Origin: Omnitrophica bacterium GWA2_41_15
Lineage (GTDB): Bacteria; Omnitrophota; Gorgyraeia; Gygaellales; UBA12090
Direction: 5' to 3'
Length of the DNA stretch: 64,000 bases
Assembly: GCA_919902675.1 (NCBI GenBank)
Contig: CAKKRH010000020.1
Coordinates: 5,110 to 69,109, forward strand
Under the pieces are notes generated by a model. That model was not told where the DNA came from. It saw only the letters and a program-made list of their open reading frames with translations, and ran no database searches. Of this stretch, positions 54,507 through 62,385 are shown in pieces. Every line of letters starts with the position of its first letter. Within the stretch, counting starts at the first letter, position 1. The position numbers and the translations under genes were made by a program.

Positions 54507-54747
54507 CCTCCTCTTGCCTGGCGCGGCGCGCGGAAATGATTCTTATTCTTTCTCCTCTACGCGTAATCACGGCAGACCAATGTTTGTCTTGTATGCGCCC
54601 TATTATCAAAAATCTTGGTTCATCGCCCGTTTTAGCCGGGATTTCAATGAAATCCGGGTTCTTCCATAATAATTGCGCTTCAATAAAATCAATCCCGTGT
54701 TTATTCTTGTTAGTTTGGCTCTTTACGGGGTCATATTCAAATTCCAT
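54487..54747 (-). CDS. brnT: BrnT-like toxin (DUF497)
   Basis: 'MEFEYDPVKSQTNKNKHGIDFIEA...ERIRIISARRARQEE'. Start placed at the internal ATG (54747) rather than the track start at 54786. Confidence 0.75.
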   Translation of the reverse strand: MEFEYDPVKSQTNKNKHGIDFIEAQLLWKNPDFIEIPAKTGDEPRFLIIGRIQDKHWSAVITRRGERIRIISARRARQEEVDIYES

Positions 54748-54895
54748 AGTATATAAAATATACCATAAATATACCTTTATTGTCAACTTTTTTATGGTAT
54801 CAGAGTATCCTTTTTAAAAAATCTAAGATAATTTCTTGCGCAGGCAGGCCGTCTTCGGTTCAGGTCTGTTTTTGTGCCTACTTGCTTCTTTTCTG

Positions 54896-54924
54896 TTTAC
54901 AGGGGGTAAATAAGATTATATAAT
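54896..54924 (+). promoter_or_regulatory. Sigma70-like promoter of the second pst operon
   Basis: TTTACA, 17 nt, TATAAT. The -35 hexamer has the same TTTAC word as the candidate Pho boxes at 48213-48251, but no phased upstream repeats were found. Confidence 0.4.
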
Positions 54925-54952
54925 GAGGCTTCATAAAATGAAGGTATAAGTT

Positions 54953-55840
54953 ATGCGCTCATTAAGGAGGGATAAAGCAATGCGTTATGTGAAAACAGCA
55001 GCGGTGGCTTCATTAGTTTCTTTGTTTTTGGCGGGTGCGGTGAGGGCGGAAGATCTTAAAGGTTCAATCCAAATCAAGGGCTCAGATACGATGGTCAATT
55101 TGGCTCAAGCCTGGGCTGAAGAGTTCAGCAAGAATAATCCCGGGGTGAACGCCGCGGTAACCGGAGGCGGCTCGGGGACCGGGATTGCGGCGATGATTGC
55201 CGGAACCGCGGATATCGCTATTTCCTCGCGGACAATGAAGGAGAAGGAAATCAATAAGGCCAAACAGAACGGGATTGAGCCTTTTGAGATCAAGGCGGCC
55301 TTAGACGGGCTGGCGGTGGTGGCGCATCCCTCTAATCCGGTCTCCCAGTTGACCATTGACCAGCTCTCGGATATCTTTACCGGTAAGATTAAGAACTGGA
55401 AGGAAGTGGGGGGTAATAACCTGCAGATAGTCATTCTCTCCAGGGAAATAAATTCCGGCACCCATGTTTATTTTAAAGAGCATGTTTTAAGGAAGGGCGA
55501 TGAGAAATCGTTTGAGGAATTTTCTCCCATGGCCCTCTTAATGTCCTCCAGCCAGGCCATTGCCGAGGAGGTCTCCCAGAATCCTAATGCCATCGGTTAT
55601 TACGGGATGGGTTATATCAGCCCAAAACAGAAGGTGATTTCCGTGGCTAAAGACGCTAATTCTCCATATATCGGGCCGGTAATCGAGAATGTGCAGGATA
55701 ATTCTTATCCTATTTCCCGGCCGCTTCTGCTCTATACCAAAGGCCAGCCGCAGGGGATAGTCAAGGCCTTTGTGGACTTTGCTTTATCAACAGAGGGACA
55801 GGAGATTGTGAAGAAGACGGATTTTGTGCCGATAAAATAA
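54953..55840 (+). CDS. pstS: Phosphate ABC transporter substrate-binding protein, second copy
   Basis: 'GSDTMVNLAQAWAEEF', 'GGGSGTGIAAMIAGTADIAISSR'. ATG at 54980 is an alternative start. Confidence 0.8.
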   Translation: MRSLRRDKAMRYVKTAAVASLVSLFLAGAVRAEDLKGSIQIKGSDTMVNLAQAWAEEFSKNNPGVNAAVTGGGSGTGIAAMIAGTADIAISSRTMKEKEINKAKQNGIEPFEIKAALDGLAVVAHPSNPVSQLTIDQLSDIFTGKIKNWKEVGGNNLQIVILSREINSGTHVYFKEHVLRKGDEKSFEEFSPMALLMSSSQAIAEEVSQNPNAIGYYGMGYISPKQKVISVAKDANSPYIGPVIENVQDNSYPISRPLLLYTKGQPQGIVKAFVDFALSTEGQEIVKKTDFVPIK

Positions 55841-55842
55841 AG

Positions 55843-55912
55843 ACGCGAATACGCGCGAATTAAAATATTCGCGAATAAACCTGAAATGGCAGTGATTCGC
55901 GTACACTCGCGT
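55843..55912. repeat. Nested 'cgcgaat/attcgcg' word palindrome (pstS2-pstC2 spacer)
   Basis: Exact 'cgcgaat-taaaat-attcgcg' core, flanked by further cgcgaat/attcgcg words. Confidence 0.6.
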
Positions 55913-55918
55913 TAAAAA

Positions 55919-56791
55919 ATGAACATTCGCTCAGTCAAAGAATTCATTATTGAGAAGCTGATTTTCCTAAGCGGTATAGCTTCCATACTTTTTGTTGTTC
56001 TCATCTTTGTTTTTTTGCTTAAAGAGGGAATAGCTTTCTTTAAGGAGGTTCCGGCCGGGGCTTTTGTCGGCGGGAAATACTGGTATCCCATATCTGATCC
56101 GGAGCGCTTTGGTATATTGCCGCTTATTCTGGGTTCATTGCTGGTTACTTTCGGGGCGATACTTGTTTCGGTGCCGGTAAGCATTGCCTCTGCCTTTTAT
56201 ATCTCTGAGGTAGCCCCGGCTAAATTAAAGGATATTTTAAAGACCGGGATTGAGATGCTGGCGGCTATTCCTTCGGTAGTCCTGGGTTTTATCGGGATGA
56301 CCACCTTGGTTCCCTGGGTAAAGAAAACATTCCACCTGCCTACCGGACTGACTGCCTTATCCGGCTCAATTATGCTGGGGTTGATGGCCATGCCCACCAT
56401 TATCAGTATATCGGAAGACGCCATCAATGCCGTGCCCAAGTCTTACAAGGAAGGGGCCCTGGCCTTGGGGGCGACCCGCTGGCAGGCAATGTATAGGGTA
56501 GTTATTCACGCCGCGCTTCCCGGGATTATTGCCGCCTCAATGCTGGGTATCGGCCGGGTGATCGGCGAGACTATGGCGGTGATGATGATTACCGGAAATG
56601 CCGCGGTCATTCCTCAGACCTTTTTACAGCCGGTGCGCACCCTGACTGCCACTATTGCCGCGGAGATGGGGGAGACGGTGCACGGATCAAACCATTATTA
56701 TTCCCTCTTTGCCATCGGGATAATCCTCTTTATACTCACCTTTATTATCAATATTACCGCGGATATGTTCCTGCACCGGAATAAGAAATGA
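55919..56791 (+). CDS. pstC: Phosphate ABC transporter permease PstC, second copy
   Basis: 'KEGALALGATRWQAMYRVVIHAALPG'. Polytopic membrane protein. Confidence 0.9.
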   Translation: MNIRSVKEFIIEKLIFLSGIASILFVVLIFVFLLKEGIAFFKEVPAGAFVGGKYWYPISDPERFGILPLILGSLLVTFGAILVSVPVSIASAFYISEVAPAKLKDILKTGIEMLAAIPSVVLGFIGMTTLVPWVKKTFHLPTGLTALSGSIMLGLMAMPTIISISEDAINAVPKSYKEGALALGATRWQAMYRVVIHAALPGIIAASMLGIGRVIGETMAVMMITGNAAVIPQTFLQPVRTLTATIAAEMGETVHGSNHYYSLFAIGIILFILTFIINITADMFLHRNKK

Positions 56792-57633
56792 AAACCACCA
56801 CCAAACAAAAAATTGCCTTTAGTATGCTCTTTCTTTGTACCATTATCGTGATCTTGCCGGTTTTGTTTGTTTTAGGGGTGATCATTAAAAATGGCGCTAA
56901 GGGGATAAGCTGGAATTTCTTGACTACTATGCCCTCTGACGGGATGCGCCAGGGAGGGATTTATCCGGCAATCGTCGGGACATTATACCTGGTTTCCTTG
57001 TCAATAGTCTTTTCCCTGCCGGTGGGGGTAATGGCCGCGATATATCTTAATGAATACGCCAAAGATAATCTTTTGACCCGCCTGATTAGGCTGGCGATTG
57101 TAAACCTGGCCGGGGTTTCTTCGGTGGTTTACGGATTATTCGGGCTGGCCTTATTTGTTACCTTTATGAAATTCGGGGTTTCTATTCTTTCCGGGGCGCT
57201 GACTCTGGCGATAATGAACCTGCCGGTGATTATTACTGCCTCGCGGGAGGCCTTGGCCAGCGTGCCTTATTCCTTCCGGGAAGTGAGTCTTTCTTTGGGC
57301 TTAAGCCGCTGGCAGACCATCAGACATTCGGTTTTACCTTTCGCTATCCCCGGCATTCTCACCGGGGCGATTTTGAGCCTGGCCCGGGCCGCCGGGGAAA
57401 CCGCGCCGATTCTCTTTACGGTGGCCGCTTTTTATCTGCCTAATCTGCCTGCTTCCGTATTTGACCAGGCAATGGCTTTGCCTTATCATCTTTATATTAT
57501 TTCCACCCAGATACCCAATATATCCATTCAGACCCGCTATGCCACGGCCTTTGTCCTGGTGGGGATAGTCTTTACGATGAATATTATTGCCGTGGTTCTG
57601 CGCGCGCGTTTGAGGAAAAAGAAGAAATGGTAG
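56788..57633 (+). CDS. pstA: Phosphate ABC transporter permease PstA, second copy
   Basis: 'REVSLSLGLSRWQTIRHSVLPFAIPG'. ATGA overlap with pstC2. Confidence 0.9.
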   Translation: MKTTTKQKIAFSMLFLCTIIVILPVLFVLGVIIKNGAKGISWNFLTTMPSDGMRQGGIYPAIVGTLYLVSLSIVFSLPVGVMAAIYLNEYAKDNLLTRLIRLAIVNLAGVSSVVYGLFGLALFVTFMKFGVSILSGALTLAIMNLPVIITASREALASVPYSFREVSLSLGLSRWQTIRHSVLPFAIPGILTGAILSLARAAGETAPILFTVAAFYLPNLPASVFDQAMALPYHLYIISTQIPNISIQTRYATAFVLVGIVFTMNIIAVVLRARLRKKKKW

Positions 57634-58418
57634 AAAACAAAGGTAAGAGTCAAAAGGAAAAAGGCAAAAGCCAGGTAAAGATTGAAGTTAAAGAGTTGAA
57701 TATCTGGTTTGGAAAGGCTTTGGCCCTAAACAGCCTTAACCTGGAAATTCAGGCCAATGAAATCCTGGGGGTGATTGGCCCGGCCAATAGTGGAAAGACC
57801 TCTTTTTTAAGGCAGTTGAACCGGCTTAATGAGTTAGAGCTGAGTTTTAAAATGAGCGGAGAGGCCTTTCTGGATGCTAAGAATATTAATCAGCTTAAGC
57901 CTGAGGTTTTAAGGAAAAGGGTAGGGATGATTTTTGCTTTGCCCCAGGTCTTGCCGATGTCTATTTACGACAATGTTACCTACGGCCCCAGGATGCACGG
58001 GATAAATAACAAACAAGAGTTAGCCCGGATAACGGAAGAAGCGCTCAAGGCCTCTTTTTTATGGGATGAGGTCAAGGATAGGCTTAAGGAATTTGCCACC
58101 AAGCTTTCCGGAGGCCAGCAGCAACGTTTATGTATATCCCGCACCCTGGCAGTCCGGCCGGAGGTCATACTTTTTGATGAGCCGTGCTCCGGGCTGGACC
58201 CTATTTCCACCGCCAAGGTTGAGGAGTCAATGCTCCGGCTTAAAGAGCAGTATACTATCGTTCTGGTTACCAATAACACCAAACAGGCCGCCAGGGTGGC
58301 TGACCGCACCGCGTTTTTTCTGATGGGTGAGCTGATAGAAATAGATAAGACGCATAAGATATTTACCGCGCCCCGGGACAAGAAGACAGAGGATTATATA
58401 CAGGGGAAGTTTGGATAA
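57627..58418 (+). CDS. pstB: Divergent PstB ATPase: H-loop His replaced by Asn, Q-loop Gln replaced by Ala, signature intact
   Basis: 'GPANSGKTS', 'MIFALPQVLP' (Ala codon 57936-57938 aligns to the Q-loop Gln), 'LSGGQQQRL', 'ILFDEP', 'LVTNNTKQ' (Asn codon 58272-58274 aligns to the H-loop His). Confidence 0.85.
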   Translation: MVENKGKSQKEKGKSQVKIEVKELNIWFGKALALNSLNLEIQANEILGVIGPANSGKTSFLRQLNRLNELELSFKMSGEAFLDAKNINQLKPEVLRKRVGMIFALPQVLPMSIYDNVTYGPRMHGINNKQELARITEEALKASFLWDEVKDRLKEFATKLSGGQQQRLCISRTLAVRPEVILFDEPCSGLDPISTAKVEESMLRLKEQYTIVLVTNNTKQAARVADRTAFFLMGELIEIDKTHKIFTAPRDKKTEDYIQGKFG

Positions 58419-58442
58419 CAGTCTCGGGTCTCGAGTCGCCAG
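58419..58442. repeat. Left-arm fragment of the 'cagtctcgggtc' element
   Basis: 'cagtctcgggtctcgagtcgccag' begins at the base after the pstB2 stop, exactly as at 53419. Confidence 0.6.
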
Positions 58443-58510
58443 CCAACCTTGACCCGCCTCTCCACCTTTGGCGGAGGGCGAGGTCTCGTCAAATTGCTAC
58501 GCAATTTGAC

Positions 58511-58527
58511 GGACGCTCAGGCGAACT
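58511..58527. repeat. Left inverted repeat bounding a 1.48-kb cassette
   Basis: 'ggacgctcaggcgaact'. The reverse complement of 59974-59989 is 'ggacgccaggcgaact' (identical except for one extra t). Preceded by a perfect 10-bp hairpin, cgtcaaattg-ctacg-caatttgacg (58487-58511). Confidence 0.6.
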
Positions 58528-58558
58528 ATAGTATCGCCAATAACAAAAGAGGTGCAAA

Positions 58559-58981
58559 ATGTTTAAAAAAGTGTGGCTTCTGATTTTGTTAGTAGGTAGC
58601 ATTCTAGCAATATATTGCTACGCGCAAGGAAATGAAGAGATTGTGTTTTCTGGAGTTCCAGCTGTCAAAATTAGCGAAGGCGGCGTTAGTCGTGTAGTCG
58701 AAGATTTGAAAGGGGCTAAGGTATCGGAAGCAGAATGCGTAATTACTAAAACCGGCGATAAATATTTTTGGAAGACCAGAAATAATACGGAACTATTTAT
58801 GATTAAAAGCGGCGCTTTTGTGAGTTTTATCGCAACGAATGGGTCAGGCTACGTACGTATTATTCCTTCTGATTTTAAAGAAGCGGCATCTTTAATGGAC
58901 GAAACAGAAAAGAAATACGATTATGCCGAACACTTATTAATAGGTCTTAGGTCTGTCACCTATTACGGGAAGTCAAAATAA
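58559..58981 (+). CDS. Small secreted hypothetical protein
   Basis: Signal peptide 'MFKKVWLLILLVGSILAIYCYA'. RBS 'aaagaggtg'. AT-rich. Confidence 0.5.
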   Translation: MFKKVWLLILLVGSILAIYCYAQGNEEIVFSGVPAVKISEGGVSRVVEDLKGAKVSEAECVITKTGDKYFWKTRNNTELFMIKSGAFVSFIATNGSGYVRIIPSDFKEAASLMDETEKKYDYAEHLLIGLRSVTYYGKSK

Positions 58982-59042
58982 CAATCGGTTGTCATTTAGG
59001 TTATCATTTTTAATTCTAGCAGAAACATATTAAAGGCGTTCA

Positions 59043-59774
59043 ATGTCAGTAATAGTGTATCTTGATGAAAGCGGGGATCATTCACTTGAGCTTGTTGATA
59101 AAGACTTTCCATTCTTTGCTCTTGCAATGTTTATTTGCGAGGAAAAAGTATATAATCAGAAAATCTCCCCAGCGATTAACCAGTTTAAAATGGATTTTTT
59201 TGGGCACGAAGCGGTTATAATTCATTCGCGAGATATACGTAAAGCCCAGCACGATTTCGGAATTCTTACTAATCCTGTTAAGCGAGAAGAATTTTATAAG
59301 AAATTAAACCTGATAATGTCGGATTCAGATTACCAGTTAATAGTTTCTGTGATAAAAAAGCAAGACCATAAGGAAAAGTATGGTATATTTGCAGATAATC
59401 CTTATGACTTGGCAATGACATTCTGTATGGAGAGGCTCTTACCATTACTCGAAGAGAAGGGGCAGGGCAAAGTTCAGCTTATCGCAGAAAGTCGCGGCAA
59501 AAAGGAAGACGATGAGTTAATGCTTAGTTTTTTGCGGATTGCTAATCAAGGTACCGATTATGTGCCCGAAGATCGATTTAAAAAGATAAATTTTAAGTTG
59601 AAATTTGTTCCCAAAATGATGAATGTGGTAGGCACGCAGTTAGCGGATTTGGCAGCCTATCCGGTCGCTCGTTATATACACAATCCTAATAAGCCGAATC
59701 CTGCATATGATATTGTAAAAACGAAATTTTACAAGGGCAAAGGAGGGATACAGGGGTTAAAAATATTCCCATAA
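59043..59774 (+). CDS. DUF3800-family protein
   Basis: N-terminal 'VIVYLDESGDH' and 'IIHSRDIRK', typical of DUF3800 as I recall it. One sampled 60-nt line gives 32% GC. Confidence 0.65.
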   Translation: MSVIVYLDESGDHSLELVDKDFPFFALAMFICEEKVYNQKISPAINQFKMDFFGHEAVIIHSRDIRKAQHDFGILTNPVKREEFYKKLNLIMSDSDYQLIVSVIKKQDHKEKYGIFADNPYDLAMTFCMERLLPLLEEKGQGKVQLIAESRGKKEDDELMLSFLRIANQGTDYVPEDRFKKINFKLKFVPKMMNVVGTQLADLAAYPVARYIHNPNKPNPAYDIVKTKFYKGKGGIQGLKIFP

Positions 59775-59778
59775 AAAC

Positions 59779-59808
59779 AAAAAGCTCCGATTTGCATCAG
59801 AGCTTTTT
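59779..59808 (+). terminator. Candidate rho-independent terminator
   Basis: 'aaaaagctccga-tttgca-tcagagcttttt'. About 10-bp stem with one mismatch, then a T-run. 5 nt after the stop of 59043-59774. Confidence 0.45.
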
Positions 59809-59973
59809 GCCGACCGGGAATCCCCAGTCCCTTGAATCAAATTATATATAAACTATACATGAAAGAACGCTATTTGTCAAGGCTTTTGTTAGAAATTAGC
59901 CCAACCGGATAAATCCGCCTTTATAATGGCGAACAGTTATCTTCACAAGTAGGTGAAGCACTTGAGGTTCTGA

Positions 59974-59989
59974 AGTTCGCCTGGCGTCC
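59974..59989. repeat. Right inverted repeat bounding the cassette
   Basis: 'agttcgcctggcgtcc', partner of 58511-58527. Confidence 0.6.
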
Positions 59990-59997
59990 AGTTCGGG

Positions 59998-60079
59998 CAG
60001 TCTCTGGTTTTTAGTCTTGAGATGGGTGAAAAAACCATAGAATTAATTTTAAAAATGACTGGAGACCGGCGACTAAAAT
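59998..60079. repeat. Decayed copy of the 'cagtctcgggtc' palindrome upstream of pstB3
   Basis: 'cagtctctggtttttagtcttgagatgggtg' parallels 'cagtctcgggtttctggtctcgagtcatcggtg' (53441-53473), with mostly transition differences. It ends 'gactggagaccggcgactaaaat', like 53519-53537. Confidence 0.55.
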
Positions 60080-60081
60080 AT

Positions 60082-60837
60082 ATGTCTAAAATAGTCACTA
60101 AAAATCTAAATCTCTGGTATGGCGCCTTTCAGGCCTTGAAAAGCGTTAACCTGTCTTTCGAGCCAAACCGGATTACCGCGATTATCGGTCCTTCGGGATG
60201 CGGCAAATCCACGCTTTTGAGAGTTTTTAACCGGATGAACGATTTGATTGACGGAGTGCGCCTGGAAGGCGAGGCGCGCATTGATGATGAAAATATTTTA
60301 GGCGGCAATTTTGATGATTTGGTGCGCTTACGCAAAAAAGTAGGCATGGTTTTTCAAAGGCCTAATCCCTTCCCGCTCTCGGTGTATGAAAACATAACTT
60401 TCGGGCTTAAGGTGCACCATTTAGCCAAAAAAAAAGACTTTGACGCCATTGTCCAGGAGGCTTTAGAGTCGGTAATGCTTTGGAAGGATTTAAGGGATAA
60501 ATTGCGTAAAGATGCCTTAGGGTTATCTTTGGAGCAGAAGCAGAGGCTGTGCATTGCCAGAACAATCGCGGTTAAACCGGATATCGTGTTGATGGATGAG
60601 CCCTGCTCGGCCCTTGACCCCCAGGCAACTTTAAAGATAGAAGAGCTGATGCAGAAACTCAAAAAAGATTACACGATTGTGATTGTTACCCATAATATGC
60701 AGCAGGCCGCGCGGGTCTCTGATGATACCGGTTTTATGCTTTTAGGCGAGTTGGTTGAATTTGGAAAGACAGTGGAAATATTTACCGCGCCCAAAGATAA
60801 AAGGACGGAAGAGTATATCACGGGAAGATATGGATAA
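60082..60837 (+). CDS. pstB: PstB paralogue with degenerate ABC signature (LSLEQ); other motifs canonical
   Basis: 'GPSGCGKST', 'VFQRPNPFP', 'LSLEQKQRL' (60523-60537), 'VLMDEP', 'VTHN'. Start moved to ATG 60082 because the track start at 60022 lies inside the repeat. Its 3' end is nearly identical to the pstB1 3' end at the DNA level. Confidence 0.85.
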   Translation: MSKIVTKNLNLWYGAFQALKSVNLSFEPNRITAIIGPSGCGKSTLLRVFNRMNDLIDGVRLEGEARIDDENILGGNFDDLVRLRKKVGMVFQRPNPFPLSVYENITFGLKVHHLAKKKDFDAIVQEALESVMLWKDLRDKLRKDALGLSLEQKQRLCIARTIAVKPDIVLMDEPCSALDPQATLKIEELMQKLKKDYTIVIVTHNMQQAARVSDDTGFMLLGELVEFGKTVEIFTAPKDKRTEEYITGRYG

Positions 60838-60840
60838 ATT

Positions 60841-60975
60841 AAACCCTAAATTCAAAACCCTAAATCCTAAATAAACTCAAAATTCCAAACTCGAAATCTA
60901 AAACAAACTTTTTAGTTTAAAGTTTGTGATTTTGGATTTGTTTAGAGTTTAGAATTTAGTGTTTAGAGTTTATTA
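60841..60975. repeat. About 135-bp imperfect 'ctaaa/tttag' word palindrome filling the pstB3-phoU2 spacer
   Basis: Left arm is rich in 'ccctaaa', 'tcctaaa', 'ctcaaaa'. Right arm is rich in 'tttagag', 'tttagaa', 'tttggat'. Centre 'caaactt...aagtttg'. Confidence 0.6.
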
Positions 60976-60989
60976 AAGCGGAGGAAGAA

Positions 60990-61655
60990 ATGGAACGTAT
61001 ATTTGATGAAGAATTAAAGCAATTGCGTCAATATATATTGACTATGGCATCTTTGGTTGAAGAAGCCATTTTTAAATCAATAGAGGCGCTTAAGCAAAGG
61101 GATAAATCGCTGGCCGAGGCGGTCATCGCCTCCGACAAAAGAATAGACGAGTTGGAGAATAAGATCGATGAATTTTGTCTTGATCTTATCGCCCTTCGCC
61201 AGCCGGTGGCCCAGGACTTGCGTTTTATTACCATGGCGATGCAAAGCGATGCTGACCTTGAGCGGATGGCGGACTTGGCGGTAGACATTGCCCAGAGGGC
61301 GCAAGAGCTCACTGCCCAGCCGCCGTTAAAACCGTTAATTGATATTCCGAAATTGGCGGAAATCGCTCAGAAAATGGTAAAAGAAGCAATCGATGCCTTT
61401 ATTAATAAGGACGTAGAATTAGCAAAGAAGGTTGTCTTTGCGGATAGAGAAGCGGACGCGCTTCGTGATTTGATTCAGAAGGAATTGATTTACGATTATA
61501 TGGTAAAAGACGGCTCAACCGCGCCTCGCGCGGTTCCCTTAATTTTAGTTACCCGCCATTTAGAGCGTATCTGCGACCACGCCACCAATATCGCTGAAGA
61601 CGTGATTTATATGACAGACGCGAAGATGGTCAGGCATCATCCTGAGAAACTCTGA
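60990..61655 (+). CDS. phoU: PhoU, second copy
   Basis: 221 aa, colinear with 53538-54203. A run of about 44 nt differs from copy 1 at only one position ('gaccacgccaccaatatcgc.gaagacgtgatttatatg'). Confidence 0.9.
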   Translation: MERIFDEELKQLRQYILTMASLVEEAIFKSIEALKQRDKSLAEAVIASDKRIDELENKIDEFCLDLIALRQPVAQDLRFITMAMQSDADLERMADLAVDIAQRAQELTAQPPLKPLIDIPKLAEIAQKMVKEAIDAFINKDVELAKKVVFADREADALRDLIQKELIYDYMVKDGSTAPRAVPLILVTRHLERICDHATNIAEDVIYMTDAKMVRHHPEKL

Positions 61656-61692
61656 TACGCGTATAGCATATGGTAAAACAATAAGTAATTAT

Positions 61693-62385
61693 ATGGGGAA
61701 AGAAGAAAACTATAAAAGAATCAAGAAATTCTGCCTTAATTGGGGCGCGGATTTATTCGGCACAGCCGATGTTTCTTCGCTTAAGGATGGCTTTGCCGTT
61801 TCAGTTAAGGCCGCCAAAGATTTAAACACCGCGATTTCTCTGGGGGTGCGGGTTTCGTCAGGGGTTCTTTCTGAAATCGAAAATCAACCGACCAAGCTTT
61901 ACTTTCATCACTATCGCGTGGTAAATATGTTTCTGGATCAGCTGGCCATGCGCCTGAGTAACTTTATCCAGAACTCAGGCTCTCAAGCCCTGCCTATCCC
62001 GGCTTCAATAATCGTGGACTGGCAAAGACAGACCGCCCATCTTTCGCATAAACATATAGGATATTTAGCCGGCATGGGCTGGATAGGCCGGAATAATCTA
62101 TTGGTGAATAGGGCCCTGGGCAGTCAATTCCGCCTGATAACCGTGCTTACGGATATGCCTTTAAAATACGATAAACCGGAAAAAGAAGATTGTGGAAATT
62201 GCCGGGCTTGTGTGGTAGTATGTCCGGTAAAGGCTATAAAGGAAAAAAAAGAGGATTTTGACCATTTGGGCTGCTTTGAACTGCTTAAGGATTTTCAGAG
62301 GCAGAAAATTGTAGACCAGTATATCTGCGGGATATGCGTTAATATTTGCCGGGGGAAAAATGCCAAAAGCCGCCAATCATATTGA
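61693..62385 (+). CDS. QueG-like / reductive-dehalogenase-superfamily Fe-S protein
   Basis: 'AGMGWIGRNNLLVNRALGSQFRLITVLTDMPL' followed by the ferredoxin motif 'CGNCRACVVVCPVKAI'. Shorter than typical QueG. Confidence 0.45.
   Translation: MGKEENYKRIKKFCLNWGADLFGTADVSSLKDGFAVSVKAAKDLNTAISLGVRVSSGVLSEIENQPTKLYFHHYRVVNMFLDQLAMRLSNFIQNSGSQALPIPASIIVDWQRQTAHLSHKHIGYLAGMGWIGRNNLLVNRALGSQFRLITVLTDMPLKYDKPEKEDCGNCRACVVVCPVKAIKEKKEDFDHLGCFELLKDFQRQKIVDQYICGICVNICRGKNAKSRQSY

Noticed and set aside
54391-54817. Plus-strand ORFs 54391-54669 and 54536-54817
   Set aside because: They are shadows of the minus-strand BrnT/BrnA genes, which have recognisable family motifs.
60022-60081. Track start of pstB3 at 60022 (MGEKTIELILKMTGDRRLKY)
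   Set aside because: These codons lie inside the decayed 'cagtctc...gactggagac' palindrome. The ATG at 60082 gives an N-terminus (MSKIVTKNLNLWYG) that aligns with the beginning of PstB1.
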